A stretch of 64,000 nt of DNA from Candidatus Parcubacteria bacterium (GCA_018664825.1 JABJNO010000006.1:15157-79156), one strand, 5' to 3'; shown: positions 16,846-27,123, numbered from the stretch's first letter. A program made the numbers and translations. Notes: generated from the letters alone by a model not told the origin.

Positions 16846-17476
16846 AATAGTTCCATCTATATTGGTAAAAAATAAAGATGGTTTCAAAAGACAACTTGAT
16901 AAAATAAAAAATATATCCAAGTATATCCAAATAGATATTATGGATGGAGTTTTGGTATCTACCAAAAATAGCGTCTCCCCCAAAAGCATCTCCCCTCTGA
17001 CACGAGGCTACAAAATGGAGATCCACTTAATGGTCAAAGATGTACCGCGCTATATAGAGCAATGGAAAAAGCTCTCTAATGTCAAAAAAATAATCTGGCA
17101 CTACGAAGCAGAAAAAAACAACAAAGCAATAATCTACCTAGCCAAAAAATTGCGAAAAAATAAAATAAAGCCAGGCCTAGCGATCAATCCAAATACTTCA
17201 CTATCCAAAATAAAAGATATTATAAAATATTTTGATACTATCCAGGTGATGGGTGTCACTCCTGGTAAACAAGGACAAAAATTCCAGCCCAAGGTCCTAA
17301 AAAAAATAAAAGGCCTACACCAAAAATACCCCAAGCTAAATATAGCTATTGATGGTGGAGTAAATGAAAAAAATTTTTCTGCAATCAAAAAAGCAGGGGC
17401 AAATATCATAGGCCTCGGCTCCTACCTCCAAAAATCACCCGACCCAAAACAAAGTTTAAAAAAACTGCCTCGCTAG
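16829..17476 (+). CDS. rpe: Ribulose-phosphate 3-epimerase (divergent)
   Basis: KIVPSILVKN, IQIDIMDGVLV, EIHLMV, IIWHYEA, GLAINPNT, VMGVTPGKQGQKF and IAIDGGV follow the Rpe TIM-barrel motif order. Overlaps rpiB by 17 nt (operon). Confidence 0.7.
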   Translation: MSKKIKIVPSILVKNKDGFKRQLDKIKNISKYIQIDIMDGVLVSTKNSVSPKSISPLTRGYKMEIHLMVKDVPRYIEQWKKLSNVKKIIWHYEAEKNNKAIIYLAKKLRKNKIKPGLAINPNTSLSKIKDIIKYFDTIQVMGVTPGKQGQKFQPKVLKKIKGLHQKYPKLNIAIDGGVNEKNFSAIKKAGANIIGLGSYLQKSPDPKQSLKKLPR

Positions 17477-18867
17477 GCAGTTTTCTTTATATTCTTTGTT
17501 TCTTTTATTTTATGAATTTTGGGATCATATATCGGTACAGTAAAATAAAATTGACTACCTACATGTTTGATACTATCTACAAATATTTTACCACCCATCA
17601 ATTCTACTAGTTGCTTGGTAATCCAAAGTCCCAAGCCAGTTCCGACAATTCCTCTGGTTTCGTTACTTTGAATACGATAAAATTTATCAAACAATTTTTC
17701 TCTATCCTCGGCTGACATTCCTATGCCCGTGTCTTTGATGGTGATGGTCACAAACTTATCATCTTTTTCAACGATTAATTCAACTTCTCCTTCTTTTGTA
17801 TATTTTACAGAGTTACCTATCAAATTTACCAAAATCTGACGAAGCTTGTCCTCATCTACAAATACTTTTGGCAAGTCATCGGGTATATTTGGCTTCAAGG
17901 CTAGGCCTTTTTCTTTTATTCTCAACTCAAACTCATCCACTATACTACCCAAGAGGCCGGGCAATTCAATCGGAACTCCATTTACTGCCAATCTATTTTG
18001 TTCAATTCTAGATACATTGAGTAGGTCTTCTACGAGGTTGCCCAGTCTATTGACTGAAGCTTCCATTATTTTAAACCCCTTTTGTCCACCTTCATTGAGC
18101 TCACCATAGTCACCATCCAGAGCCATAGACAAATATCCTTTTAATGTAGTGATTGGAGTCCTAAGTTCGTGGGAAGCAATAGATATAAACTCATCTTTCA
18201 TCTTATCTACTTCTTTGAGCTTTCGAAATAATATAGCATGCTCAAAAAGCCTAGTGTTGAGTGCCAAAAGTAATATAACTATCAAAACCGTAACTACCAA
18301 AAAGAAATATGATTTTGCCAGAGTTGCCTTCGTTAGATCATCCATTATCTTGAGAGACATCCGCATACTCAAAACGGCTTGTTTTTCATTTTCTGAGTTA
18401 GACAACGGCATGACCAGCTCCCAAAAACGCTCCTCTTCTGTACCTGTCTCTACTTTACCAGATACCAAAGTAGCAATTGCTTCGTTTTTGTGCCAAGAAA
18501 TTATATAATTTAGGTCATCAGAAGAACGTCCAATAGCAGTATGATCCATACTAGCAACAATTCGGAATCTTTCTCCTTCTTTTTCCAAAACCTCGAGAGT
18601 TTCCAACTCCAAGGTAGCCTTTTTTAATAAATCAATTTTATTCTGCAAATCCTGATCATTTTCAGCATTTTGATAAATAGAATAATTAAACATCTTACCA
18701 ATGTTGTATGCTTGCCGTTGCAAACTCAAGTCTGTGGTGTATTGAGAAGTTTTTACTGACCAAATCGTATTGAGGATGATAGCCAAAGGAATCAAAAGAA
18801 TCAGGATGATAGCATAGACCACCTGATAATCCCTTTTCAAAAATAAACTTGTTTTTTTGCTTGCCAT
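17473..18867 (-). CDS. Sensor histidine kinase (membrane)
   Basis: Two N-terminal TM helices flank a periplasmic domain. H-box ASHELRTPITTLKGY, N-box and G-boxes GIGMSAEDREKLFDKFYR and GTGLGLWITKQLVELMGGKI. No response regulator is adjacent. Confidence 0.8.
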   Translation of the reverse strand: MASKKTSLFLKRDYQVVYAIILILLIPLAIILNTIWSVKTSQYTTDLSLQRQAYNIGKMFNYSIYQNAENDQDLQNKIDLLKKATLELETLEVLEKEGERFRIVASMDHTAIGRSSDDLNYIISWHKNEAIATLVSGKVETGTEEERFWELVMPLSNSENEKQAVLSMRMSLKIMDDLTKATLAKSYFFLVVTVLIVILLLALNTRLFEHAILFRKLKEVDKMKDEFISIASHELRTPITTLKGYLSMALDGDYGELNEGGQKGFKIMEASVNRLGNLVEDLLNVSRIEQNRLAVNGVPIELPGLLGSIVDEFELRIKEKGLALKPNIPDDLPKVFVDEDKLRQILVNLIGNSVKYTKEGEVELIVEKDDKFVTITIKDTGIGMSAEDREKLFDKFYRIQSNETRGIVGTGLGLWITKQLVELMGGKIFVDSIKHVGSQFYFTVPIYDPKIHKIKETKNIKKTA

Positions 18868-18868
18868 T

Positions 18869-21800
18869 TTAAGCTTCTATTTCTTCTCTCTTTCTTTGAT
18901 GCAAAAATATAATAACTATCAACGCAATGATAATGAGTACCGCTGCTCCTATAATATAATAAACTACCATGTTGTTTACATTGTTTGGGACAGTGGCATT
19001 ATCAAAATAATCATCAGCTGTCACCGCTTGGGCAGATTTGACCAAAAAAGAAGTTGGGTTTGATTGTTTTACTATCTTGCCAGTGTCATCATTGACCGTC
19101 ACATAGACCCGATGATGTCCATCAGCCAAAGAATGTTGTATGTCATACGTCCAGTTACCACTAGCGTCTGTCTTGGTGGTCATCACTAAAGGCAAATCAC
19201 TATACAAGAAAAGTGTCACCCAAGTATTTGGTGTTGCTTTACCTCCAAACTTTACATTTTTATCTTGGCTATTGATGTTATTAACATCAAAATTTTTATC
19301 AATCTTTTTTGATTTTACTCTCGGCTGTTCAATCATCTCACCAGCTGCAATAGCCTGCTCCAAATCATTTCTCGTGATTTCTAGCCTGCCTGGCCCCAAA
19401 GGATCATAGCCATTTTTTATTTCCTGACCATCTAGATAGCCATCTCCATCGGTGTCTGGATTGTTTGGATCGGTATCATAATATACTTCCAAGTCATCAC
19501 TCAAGCCATCCTCATCAGTATCAACCATCAAAATAGCCTGATTTACGATAGTCAATCTATCAGTATCTTCCAAAACTGTCTCTGATTTTGATTGAGCAAT
19601 GTATACATTTGTTTCTGCTTCTTCGAGTGGAGTCAGTGGAATAATTTCTTCATCTATACCTCCTTCATTCAAAGTAGCGTTGAGCTCGCCGACTGTCATC
19701 ACCTGTCCTATCAAAGGACTCAAAATATTATTGATATTAGTGGTTTGTCTTTGCCCAATAACCAAACGATTTAAGTATTCATCTCTCAATATATCATTAC
19801 AAATACTGATATCATCAAGCTGACAATCTACTGCGCTTCCATATTCTTCCAAGAGATAGTCTTTGCACTGATTGATATCTACAATACCCTTGTCCTGACA
19901 CTCCGTGTCCACATGAACTCTATTGAGATAGTCTTCACAAGAAATAGCATCATATATACCCTGTTCAATACACTCGTCAGCCAACGAGTCTATAGTCGCT
20001 CGAAATAAACGACAATTTTCTTCATCGCTAATGCCAGCTTCTATACAACTGGTATAAATAGTTACCGCCACACTAGCCCCTGAATCAGAAATTTCCTCTT
20101 CTTGCTCTGGAATATCCTCGGGCTCTACATCCTCATCTTCTACTTCATCCTCTACCTCGTCTTCTACCTCAGAAACAACAACATTTCCCTGCTCAATAGA
20201 AAAATAAATACGCTCTGTTTGTAAGGTTCCGTTTATCAATTCGATATAAAAATAATAATCTCCATCCTCTATCAACTGATTACCGTCTTCATCTTCAGAA
20301 TAAAATGTATATAACAACTTGTTGCTGATATTTGGATTATCTTCTTCATCTATGCTCCATGGCTCCAAAGATTCCCAATCTATCGTATAATTATTCCCCG
20401 TTTTATCAGAAACCTCTTCACCATCAACATAAAATAAATGCTGAACTGAAGCAAATGAATTTAATGATGTTAAAAATGGAAAACCGAGAGTAGCCCTTCC
20501 TTCTCTTCCTTCAAAAATACGCGGAGCGTGCAAATCAAAAATAACATCTTCCGGCACTTCCTGATTCTGACCTTCATTAACTATCTCTATATTTTCCAAA
20601 ATATTACTAGTCACCCATGGAATATACATATTACCCTCTGCCGAATGTTGGAGCCAAGCATCATAGATACCAGAAGTCAGGCCACCTAAACCATCCAAAT
20701 GGGCAGGATCTTTTGCATAAGCATAATCTGCGTCTGGAAAATTATCTCTATTTATTCCGTAGCCTTCAAGCTGACTCCAATCAGCTAAATCAGCTGAAAA
20801 ATAATATTTACTTTCATCAGCTTGATTTTCAAATACAAAATAAACCATCTGATTGTTCAGATCTACATTGGAACTCCCCATCAAAGTCACATCACCCTCC
20901 ATAAAAGATTCAGTATTGTGAAAATTGAGAACCACGTCATCCGGTGGCGGTGGTGGCAAATCCGGATCTTCTGTTTCTGCCACAATCAAGTTGTAGCCAT
21001 AGGTCGGCAGTCCTCCGCCTTCAAGCTCATATATAGTTCCGTCTTCTTTGGTGATTTCAAAAATCAAGTCATAGTTTCCTGATGGAAAAATATCGTCCCA
21101 AAAGTCGAGTATTATTCCACCTCCCCAAATATAACTATCTGGCTGTACCTGCGCAAGAACACCACCTCCGGCAATAGCGGCATCATCTTGATAAACAAAC
21201 TCGATCCCAACATCTGTAGCTATAAAATCTAATTCGATCTCAATATCAATTGGTATTATACCGTTGGAAATCAAATCACTACCTGGCACAGGAGCGATTA
21301 TGACGACCTCTTCTACTTCTGGTTGTTCTGTCAAATTACTCACTGCATATGACTCCAAAACAAACAGTGGTTCGTCTAGAGAAATTCCATTGATCTCCTC
21401 ATAAATTTTTACACTGTACGTACTATTTTGGTACAATGGTGTCCCATCAGCTCGGGCAACTGTAGTATCCCAATAACCAGAATACATCAATACACCATCA
21501 GCATCTGAAGAAAAAAGATCAACAGACCCTACATAATAATCAAAGACGTTAAAAATTTTGGCTGTTAGCTTAATGTTATCCCCCAATGGTCTGTTTATTT
21601 CAAATGCCAAAAGTACTTCTCCTGACAAGTCGGTCTCAGTAGGAGAAATAACACTTACTATTTCCAAAGGTACTATTTCTGGAATATCGACAGCAGGAGG
21701 AACTATAGAAAATCTTACATAATTACTAATCGCACCGGTGGGTCCTTCTTCGCCACTACTGCCATCAAGATCAGCTTGCATTATTATCTGATATTCACCA

Positions 21801-22573
21801 TCCGCCAAGCTCGATATATCATAATCGCGTACTCCCCATGTACCATAGACTAGGTCAAGTTGTTGACCATGAATATCTTCTACCAATGCTGGCACAACAA
21901 TAATTCCATTGTTATCAACTTCATGAATATCAAAAAAAATGTTGTTCAAATATTCAGTACCTTCAAATTCAAATATTATATCCATTGTATCATCAGTAAT
22001 CTCCATATCCGTCAATGGATTAAGAAACGTTGTATCACCCCCAATATCATACTGCTGTGGGTCTTGATTTCTAGATGCCAACAAGACAAAACTTTCCAAA
22101 GGTGACTCTATCTCATCAGACAAAAGACCATTGTTGTCAAATATCTGAGCAGTTACTTTCAAATAATAGTCTCCAGCTGGAAAATCAGCGGTATCCCAAC
22201 TAGAAATAGCTTTCCAACTACCATCACTCTGCAGTTCAGCTGGAAACTCTAGGTTTGTTATAGTCCCCAAAAGAGTAAAGTGTGCATGTGTAAAACCCTG
22301 ATTAGGTCCAATGTTGGCCTGAATATTTAGAACCGTGCCCCCTGGTATATCTACGCCCTGAACAGGATCGATATAAGTAGCCGACAGTTGTGGCAATTGT
22401 GGAGGGTCAATAATCTGAGCTCGTGTAGCCACAAAGACCAAGCCATACATTAGAGACAAAGCGATAACAAAAGTTATCATCAAATGATGTTGTACTCTTT
22501 CTAAAATCATAAAAAAAAATTTGTATTTAACTGAGTTTATTATACCACAAATCAATACAAATAAAAAAATCAC
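18869..22573 (-). CDS. Giant (1234 aa) cell-surface protein with signal/TM N-terminus, acidic tandem repeats, TSP3-like Ca-binding module and C-terminal TM anchor
   Basis: VEDEVEDEVEDEDVEPEDIPEQEEE repeats. Cys-rich segment CIEAGISDEENC...CIEQGIYDAISCEDY...CQDKGIVDINQCKDY. DTDEDGLSDDLEVYYDTDPNNPDTDGDGYLDGQEIKNGYDPLGPG motif. C-terminal helix VVYYIIGAAVLIIIALIVIIF then LHQRKREE. Confidence 0.55.
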   Translation of the reverse strand: MIFLFVLICGIINSVKYKFFFMILERVQHHLMITFVIALSLMYGLVFVATRAQIIDPPQLPQLSATYIDPVQGVDIPGGTVLNIQANIGPNQGFTHAHFTLLGTITNLEFPAELQSDGSWKAISSWDTADFPAGDYYLKVTAQIFDNNGLLSDEIESPLESFVLLASRNQDPQQYDIGGDTTFLNPLTDMEITDDTMDIIFEFEGTEYLNNIFFDIHEVDNNGIIVVPALVEDIHGQQLDLVYGTWGVRDYDISSLADGEYQIIMQADLDGSSGEEGPTGAISNYVRFSIVPPAVDIPEIVPLEIVSVISPTETDLSGEVLLAFEINRPLGDNIKLTAKIFNVFDYYVGSVDLFSSDADGVLMYSGYWDTTVARADGTPLYQNSTYSVKIYEEINGISLDEPLFVLESYAVSNLTEQPEVEEVVIIAPVPGSDLISNGIIPIDIEIELDFIATDVGIEFVYQDDAAIAGGGVLAQVQPDSYIWGGGIILDFWDDIFPSGNYDLIFEITKEDGTIYELEGGGLPTYGYNLIVAETEDPDLPPPPPDDVVLNFHNTESFMEGDVTLMGSSNVDLNNQMVYFVFENQADESKYYFSADLADWSQLEGYGINRDNFPDADYAYAKDPAHLDGLGGLTSGIYDAWLQHSAEGNMYIPWVTSNILENIEIVNEGQNQEVPEDVIFDLHAPRIFEGREGRATLGFPFLTSLNSFASVQHLFYVDGEEVSDKTGNNYTIDWESLEPWSIDEEDNPNISNKLLYTFYSEDEDGNQLIEDGDYYFYIELINGTLQTERIYFSIEQGNVVVSEVEDEVEDEVEDEDVEPEDIPEQEEEISDSGASVAVTIYTSCIEAGISDEENCRLFRATIDSLADECIEQGIYDAISCEDYLNRVHVDTECQDKGIVDINQCKDYLLEEYGSAVDCQLDDISICNDILRDEYLNRLVIGQRQTTNINNILSPLIGQVMTVGELNATLNEGGIDEEIIPLTPLEEAETNVYIAQSKSETVLEDTDRLTIVNQAILMVDTDEDGLSDDLEVYYDTDPNNPDTDGDGYLDGQEIKNGYDPLGPGRLEITRNDLEQAIAAGEMIEQPRVKSKKIDKNFDVNNINSQDKNVKFGGKATPNTWVTLFLYSDLPLVMTTKTDASGNWTYDIQHSLADGHHRVYVTVNDDTGKIVKQSNPTSFLVKSAQAVTADDYFDNATVPNNVNNMVVYYIIGAAVLIIIALIVIIFLHQRKREEIEA

Positions 22574-22603
22574 CCAAAATAAACTTGAATGAAATAAAAA
22601 AAT

Positions 22604-23407
22604 TTATTCACAAGGACAAAGATTGCTATAGCCAGCTACATTGAAGTCACAAGGGAAAATATCTGTACGGTAAGAACAGATGATTCCACCACCGGCATGT
22701 GCCGGAGAATAATCTTGATAAGTTGGGTCATTGCCAAGGAAACAAGCGGAGCTACAAGCCGCACCAAAAGCCTTGTTTAGAGCACAATAACCAGTATCTC
22801 CAGAATCTACATCTGAAGCATATCTGATAGTTTCCACACAGATAAAACCATTGTCCGAACAAACGGTGTCACAACTTTTGGTAGTTGCATCTGCTTCATA
22901 CCAACAATAACCCCCAGCATAAGCTGGGCAACTTACTTGAATAGTAGTAGTACTGACGACATCTGCCGTACCATAGGTACTACACGCCCCTACTACCAAC
23001 TGATTATTTTCTCCTTTTTTAAAATAATACCCCGTGTCTTGATTACTTGTCTTGTCAGGATCAATCGGTAATGTTGGTAGGTATTCAACATAAAAATCTG
23101 AATCAGCAATTCGCAAACAATGAGCGCTGTTGCCGTCACAAGTTACATCAGCAGCACCTTGTTCTGTGCAGATTACTGTTTTTGCAGTTGGTACTGCCCC
23201 CAATACCGGCAAAGCCCCCCTGTGATCTTTGACATATGCATCTACTGCTCTGACAATTTCCAAAACCTCTTTGGTTCTTTGCCTGTCTTTGGCTTGACCT
23301 ATTTTGGCCACAGGATCAATCCAAACAAAAACCGAAGCCGCCAATACAGAGATTACAGCTACGGTTATTATCAATCTTGCCAGTGTAAATCCTTTCATGC
23401 TATGCAA
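22604..23407 (-). CDS. Type IV pilin-like (prepilin-type N-terminus) Cys-rich secreted protein
   Basis: MHSMKGFTLARLIITVAVISVLAASVFV resembles the prepilin leader plus hydrophobic alpha1-N. Position +5 is R, not the usual E. 18 Cys in the globular part. Confidence 0.4.
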   Translation of the reverse strand: MHSMKGFTLARLIITVAVISVLAASVFVWIDPVAKIGQAKDRQRTKEVLEIVRAVDAYVKDHRGALPVLGAVPTAKTVICTEQGAADVTCDGNSAHCLRIADSDFYVEYLPTLPIDPDKTSNQDTGYYFKKGENNQLVVGACSTYGTADVVSTTTIQVSCPAYAGGYCWYEADATTKSCDTVCSDNGFICVETIRYASDVDSGDTGYCALNKAFGAACSSACFLGNDPTYQDYSPAHAGGGIICSYRTDIFPCDFNVAGYSNLCPCE

Positions 23408-24257
23408 ATTCTTTGGTAAGTTTATCCAAATTTCTAGTTGTTATTTTTCTTTTACTCAAAGCCTGTCCTTTTAGTTGAGGTAGGTTGCTGCCATAGGTAT
23501 CTCTCTTTGCTTTATACAAAACTCCATAAGGTATTTTTTTGCCCCATTCTTGAGTTTTTCCAAAAGCAGCCATCTTGTCTGTATTTTTATAAGTAGCATC
23601 ATCATCAACATTGTATACTCTATCAAAAAACCACTCAAAAGTATTTATTTTGTTGAAAGTAACACAAGGTTGGAATACATCAACAAAAGAAAATCCTTTG
23701 TGAGTAATAGCCTGCTTAAATAAACCCTTGAGATGTTTGGCATTTCCTGAAAAACCCCTAGATACAAATGTCCCGCCATTGGTCACGGCCAATGATGTTG
23801 GGTTTACTGGTACTTCGATGATGCCCGCTGGAGTTGATTTTGCTTTGTAGCCTTTGTCTGCAGTTGGCGCTGCTTGTCCAGTAGTCAATCCATAAACATG
23901 ATTATCATGTACTACATAAGTAATGTCTGCATTGCCACGGATTGCATGGAGAAAGTGTCCTAGTCCTTCACCAAAAGCATCACCATCACCAGCCATCACA
24001 ATCACCGTCAAATCTTTGTTGGCTAGTTTTGCTCCAATTGCACTAGGTACTGCTCGACCATGTAGTGAATGCCATGTATATGATTTGGTAAAATTGGCTC
24101 CGTTTCCAGAACAACCAATTCCATAAAAAATCAACACATTTTCGGGTTTAAGCCCTAGTTCTGCCAAGGCTCCGCGCATAGCAATCCAAATCGCATGATT
24201 ACCACAACCCGGACACCAAGTAGGTTTATAATTTGTTTCAAAATCTTTTAAATTCAT
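23400..24257 (-). CDS. korB: 2-oxoacid:ferredoxin oxidoreductase beta subunit (TPP-binding)
   Basis: N-terminal WCPGCGNHAI Cys motif. TPP-binding GDGD...N motif. Confidence 0.8.
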   Translation of the reverse strand: MNLKDFETNYKPTWCPGCGNHAIWIAMRGALAELGLKPENVLIFYGIGCSGNGANFTKSYTWHSLHGRAVPSAIGAKLANKDLTVIVMAGDGDAFGEGLGHFLHAIRGNADITYVVHDNHVYGLTTGQAAPTADKGYKAKSTPAGIIEVPVNPTSLAVTNGGTFVSRGFSGNAKHLKGLFKQAITHKGFSFVDVFQPCVTFNKINTFEWFFDRVYNVDDDATYKNTDKMAAFGKTQEWGKKIPYGVLYKAKRDTYGSNLPQLKGQALSKRKITTRNLDKLTKEFA

Positions 24258-24258
24258 A

Positions 24259-25998
24259 TTAAAATTTCTTTAAAGCTTTAGTTATTTCTTCTCTAAAAAA
24301 TGGTCGCCCATCATATTTTAATAACTTATTTTTTATTTTTATTCCTGTTTCCTGAGCTATCAAGTTGCCCAATTGAGCATTGCTGTTGTTTTCTATCAAC
24401 AAAACATCTTTGGAAGTCTCCAAAACGTGGCTGACAAATTTCCCAGCAAAAGGCCAGATATATTGTACCTGCATTATTCGGATTTTCTTTTTTATACTTT
24501 CAGGAAGCTGGACATAAGCATCCAAAATCACTCCTTTGGTAGATCCCCAAATCACAACTGTCTTTTTGGCTTTTGGATTTCCATAGATTAGTGGTGTTGG
24601 CATACTCTTCATAAAAGTATCTAGCTTGGACTGACGTTTGTCTACTTGCTCAATCCTATTTTTTGATCCTTCAAAGGAAAATCCATAAGAATCATGCTCA
24701 TCACTATTGGCAATATACAAACCGCCCTTCATGCCAGGCACAGTACGTGGCGAAATACCGTCGGCTGACAATTTGTAGCGACGATATTCCTTTATCTTGT
24801 TGAGCTGTGCCTGAGTCAAGAGCTTCCCTCTATTTATTTTTATATTATTGGTTTTAAATTTTGGTACAGTACTGTTTCCTTCAGCGATAAACTTGTCAGA
24901 AATAATAATCACTGGAGTTTGGTATACCTCGGCTATATTCATAGCCTGAGCACCAAGATCAAAAGCTTCTCCAGCATCTCCAGGAGCCAAAATCACTCTT
25001 GGGAAATCACCCTGAGCAGCATGAAGCATAAATTGTAAATCTCCCTGCTCAGTCCAAGTAGGAATACCAGTAGCTGGTCCTCCTCTTTGGACGTTGACCA
25101 TGACGACTGGCGTTTCGGTCAAGGCAGCTAGCCCAAGAGATTCGGTCATCAAGGCAAATCCTCCACCAGAAGTACCGACCATTGCTCGCGCACCAGTGTG
25201 AGCTGCTCCCAAGGCCATATTTATTACCGCTATTTCATCTTCGGCATGTTTGACTACTGTGCCGGTTTTCTCAGCTACGCTAGCCAAATAATGCAAAATA
25301 GATGAAGAAGGAGTCATTGGATAAGCTACATAAAAATTCAATCCTGCGGCAAGAGCTCCCATAGCTAGTGACTCATTGGCTGAAATCAAAATATTGTCCT
25401 TTGGTTTTAAAGTAGGCAGATCACAAGGAAAATCTTTTTTGTATTCTTTGATTACAAAATCAAATCCCGCCTTTACAGCTTTGAGATTGTTAGCAATTAT
25501 TTTTGGACCTTTGTTTTTAAAATTTTCTCGAATTACTTTGTTGGCAATTAGCAATTTTTGATCTACCAAAGCCAAAGTTGCTCCCAAGGCCACCACATTT
25601 CTCATCACCTCTCCACCTGATTCTTTGGCAAAAGTTGTCAGTGGTATTCCAATACCATCTACCTTGGCATTTTTTAGTTTGGCTGAAGATATCTTTATCT
25701 TGTCAGTGTCATATATCAAAACTCCTCCTGATGCCAAATCATCAAAATTTTCTTTGATAGTATTTTGATTTAGAGCCACTAGAACATCGATTTTTTCAGT
25801 CACACTATTGACCGGCCTAGTGTCGACGATCAATTGGAAGACATTGTGCCCTCCTCTGATTAGAGATGGATACTCTGTATAGTCAAACAATTCGTAGCCT
25901 GCTCGCATAAAAATCTTGCCGAGCATCATACCAGCTGATTTGATTCCAAAGCCTGCCTCACCGGCAATCTTCCAACTCAAGTTATTTTTTTGTTTCAT
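24259..25998 (-). CDS. korA: 2-oxoacid:ferredoxin oxidoreductase alpha subunit (fused gamma-alpha type)
   Basis: 579 aa. Pyruvate/2-oxoglutarate flavodoxin/ferredoxin oxidoreductase domain order. Lies 1 nt upstream of korB. Confidence 0.75.
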   Translation of the reverse strand: MKQKNNLSWKIAGEAGFGIKSAGMMLGKIFMRAGYELFDYTEYPSLIRGGHNVFQLIVDTRPVNSVTEKIDVLVALNQNTIKENFDDLASGGVLIYDTDKIKISSAKLKNAKVDGIGIPLTTFAKESGGEVMRNVVALGATLALVDQKLLIANKVIRENFKNKGPKIIANNLKAVKAGFDFVIKEYKKDFPCDLPTLKPKDNILISANESLAMGALAAGLNFYVAYPMTPSSSILHYLASVAEKTGTVVKHAEDEIAVINMALGAAHTGARAMVGTSGGGFALMTESLGLAALTETPVVMVNVQRGGPATGIPTWTEQGDLQFMLHAAQGDFPRVILAPGDAGEAFDLGAQAMNIAEVYQTPVIIISDKFIAEGNSTVPKFKTNNIKINRGKLLTQAQLNKIKEYRRYKLSADGISPRTVPGMKGGLYIANSDEHDSYGFSFEGSKNRIEQVDKRQSKLDTFMKSMPTPLIYGNPKAKKTVVIWGSTKGVILDAYVQLPESIKKKIRIMQVQYIWPFAGKFVSHVLETSKDVLLIENNSNAQLGNLIAQETGIKIKNKLLKYDGRPFFREEITKALKKF

Positions 25999-26090
25999 TT
26001 TATTTTGTTAGATTGTTTTCATTATTATTATAACATTTTTTCGCCAAAAATAAAAAGCACCCCCATTACAAAAGGGGGTGCTTCATTTAG
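25999..26090 (-). promoter_or_regulatory. kor operon promoter (TGTTATAAT extended -10) immediately preceded by a bidirectional terminator (gcaccccc-attacaaaa-gggggtgc)
   Basis: Minus strand: gcacccccttttgtaatgggggtgctttttatttttggcgaaaaaatgttataataat, then about 25 nt to the ATG. Confidence 0.55.
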
Positions 26091-26266
26091 ATTGGAGAGT
26101 CTTTGTTGCTATACTCTTCATGTTTTAAATTTTGTTCTTCACTTTGATCTTCGTTTTTTTCTACCACCATTAGATCATCAGGTGGAGCTTGTTGTAAATC
26201 ATGAGCTGGTTGCTTCATGATTTGTTTATTGTTGTTTAATCCCAACAACTTTTTCCAAAATGACAT
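26087..26266 (-). CDS. Small hypothetical protein (59 aa), not in the ORF track
   Basis: MSFWKKLLGLNNNKQIMKQPAHDLQQAPPDDLMVVEKNEDQSEEQNLKHEEYSNKDSPI, translated by hand. Just below the 60-aa track cutoff. Confidence 0.3.
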   Translation of the reverse strand: MSFWKKLLGLNNNKQIMKQPAHDLQQAPPDDLMVVEKNEDQSEEQNLKHEEYSNKDSPI

Positions 26267-26398
26267 AAATTTTAAAGTTCAATTTTTGTTTTTTAAAGTG
26301 TTTTAGCAATACATAGTATAGGGTGCCCAACTAAACATTACTAAAACATAAAGTGCTGTTTCCATTTTTTTGTTTTTATTTTTGTTTTTACTTAATGA

Positions 26399-26509
26399 TT
26401 ATCCGACTAGATATACTAGTCCTAGCAAGAATAAGGTCAATACAGACCAATTCTCATGACTTTCCACTTTGGGATCACGATAGAATCCCACTAATTGAAA
26501 TGACTTCAT
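26399..26509 (-). CDS. Small hydrophobic peptide (36 aa), paralogous to the adjacent peptide
   Basis: MKSFQLVGFYRDPKVESHENWSVLTLFLLGLVYLVG. Hand-translated and absent from the track. Confidence 0.35.
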   Translation of the reverse strand: MKSFQLVGFYRDPKVESHENWSVLTLFLLGLVYLVG

Positions 26510-26531
26510 TGCATTTTATTTTATTTAATTG

Positions 26532-26675
26532 TTAAATAGCTTGACCTACTACGAAAAAAAGAACGAAGGCTCCTCCAGCAACTAATGCCAAAATTGCCCA
26601 ATAATCACTGTTACGCAGCTTTTTGTCTCCTGGTTTTACAACCAGCTTAAATGAGTTTACGTTGTTATTTAGCAT
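26532..26675 (-). CDS. Small hydrophobic peptide (47 aa), paralogous to the adjacent peptide
   Basis: MLNNNVNSFKLVVKPGDKKLRNSDYWAILALVAGGAFVLFFVVGQAI. It shares the SF(K/Q)LV...W(S/A)(V/I)L(T/A)L...G pattern with the 36-aa peptide. Confidence 0.35.
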   Translation of the reverse strand: MLNNNVNSFKLVVKPGDKKLRNSDYWAILALVAGGAFVLFFVVGQAI

Positions 26676-26910
26676 AATACCTTTTTTATTATTTGGTACC
26701 ACATGGAAGTTTTTATTGTAAGGCTGTTTTATATGAAAACAAAAAAATTGGTCGCCAATGCCCCATTTCTAGGGTATTTGGTCTTACACCAATCTTAACT
26801 TACAAAGTAATGATAGCACAAAAAATCGCTTTTGTCAACCTAAGATATTTTACTTTTTATCTATAATTGATTATGTTATAATATACTGGTAATAATTAAT
26901 ACTTATATAT

Positions 26911-27123
26911 ATGAAAATAGAAGTAGATAGAGAACTTTGTACTAGTGTAGCTACCTGCGTAGCTGTTGCTCCAGGCACCTTTGAGCTAGATGATGAAGGA
27001 ATTGCTATTATAAAGGACTCAAAAGGAGATGTTGAAGACATTATTTTGAAAGCAGCCAAAAGCTGTCCTGTTGATGCTATCATCCTTTATGATGATGCCG
27101 GAAAACAAACTTGGCCAAAATAA
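26911..27123 (+). CDS. fdx: Small single-cluster ferredoxin
   Basis: 70 aa. ELCTSVATCVAVAP ... AAKSCPVDAI cysteine pattern of small Pyrococcus-type ferredoxins. TGTTATAAT extended -10 about 35 nt upstream. Divergent from korAB. Confidence 0.7.
   Translation: MKIEVDRELCTSVATCVAVAPGTFELDDEGIAIIKDSKGDVEDIILKAAKSCPVDAIILYDDAGKQTWPK

Noticed and set aside
22604-23407. Calling the Cys-rich protein a bona fide major pilin
   Set aside because: The hydrophobic N-terminus is pilin-like but lacks the conserved Glu at +5 (R instead). It is kept as pilin-like with low confidence.
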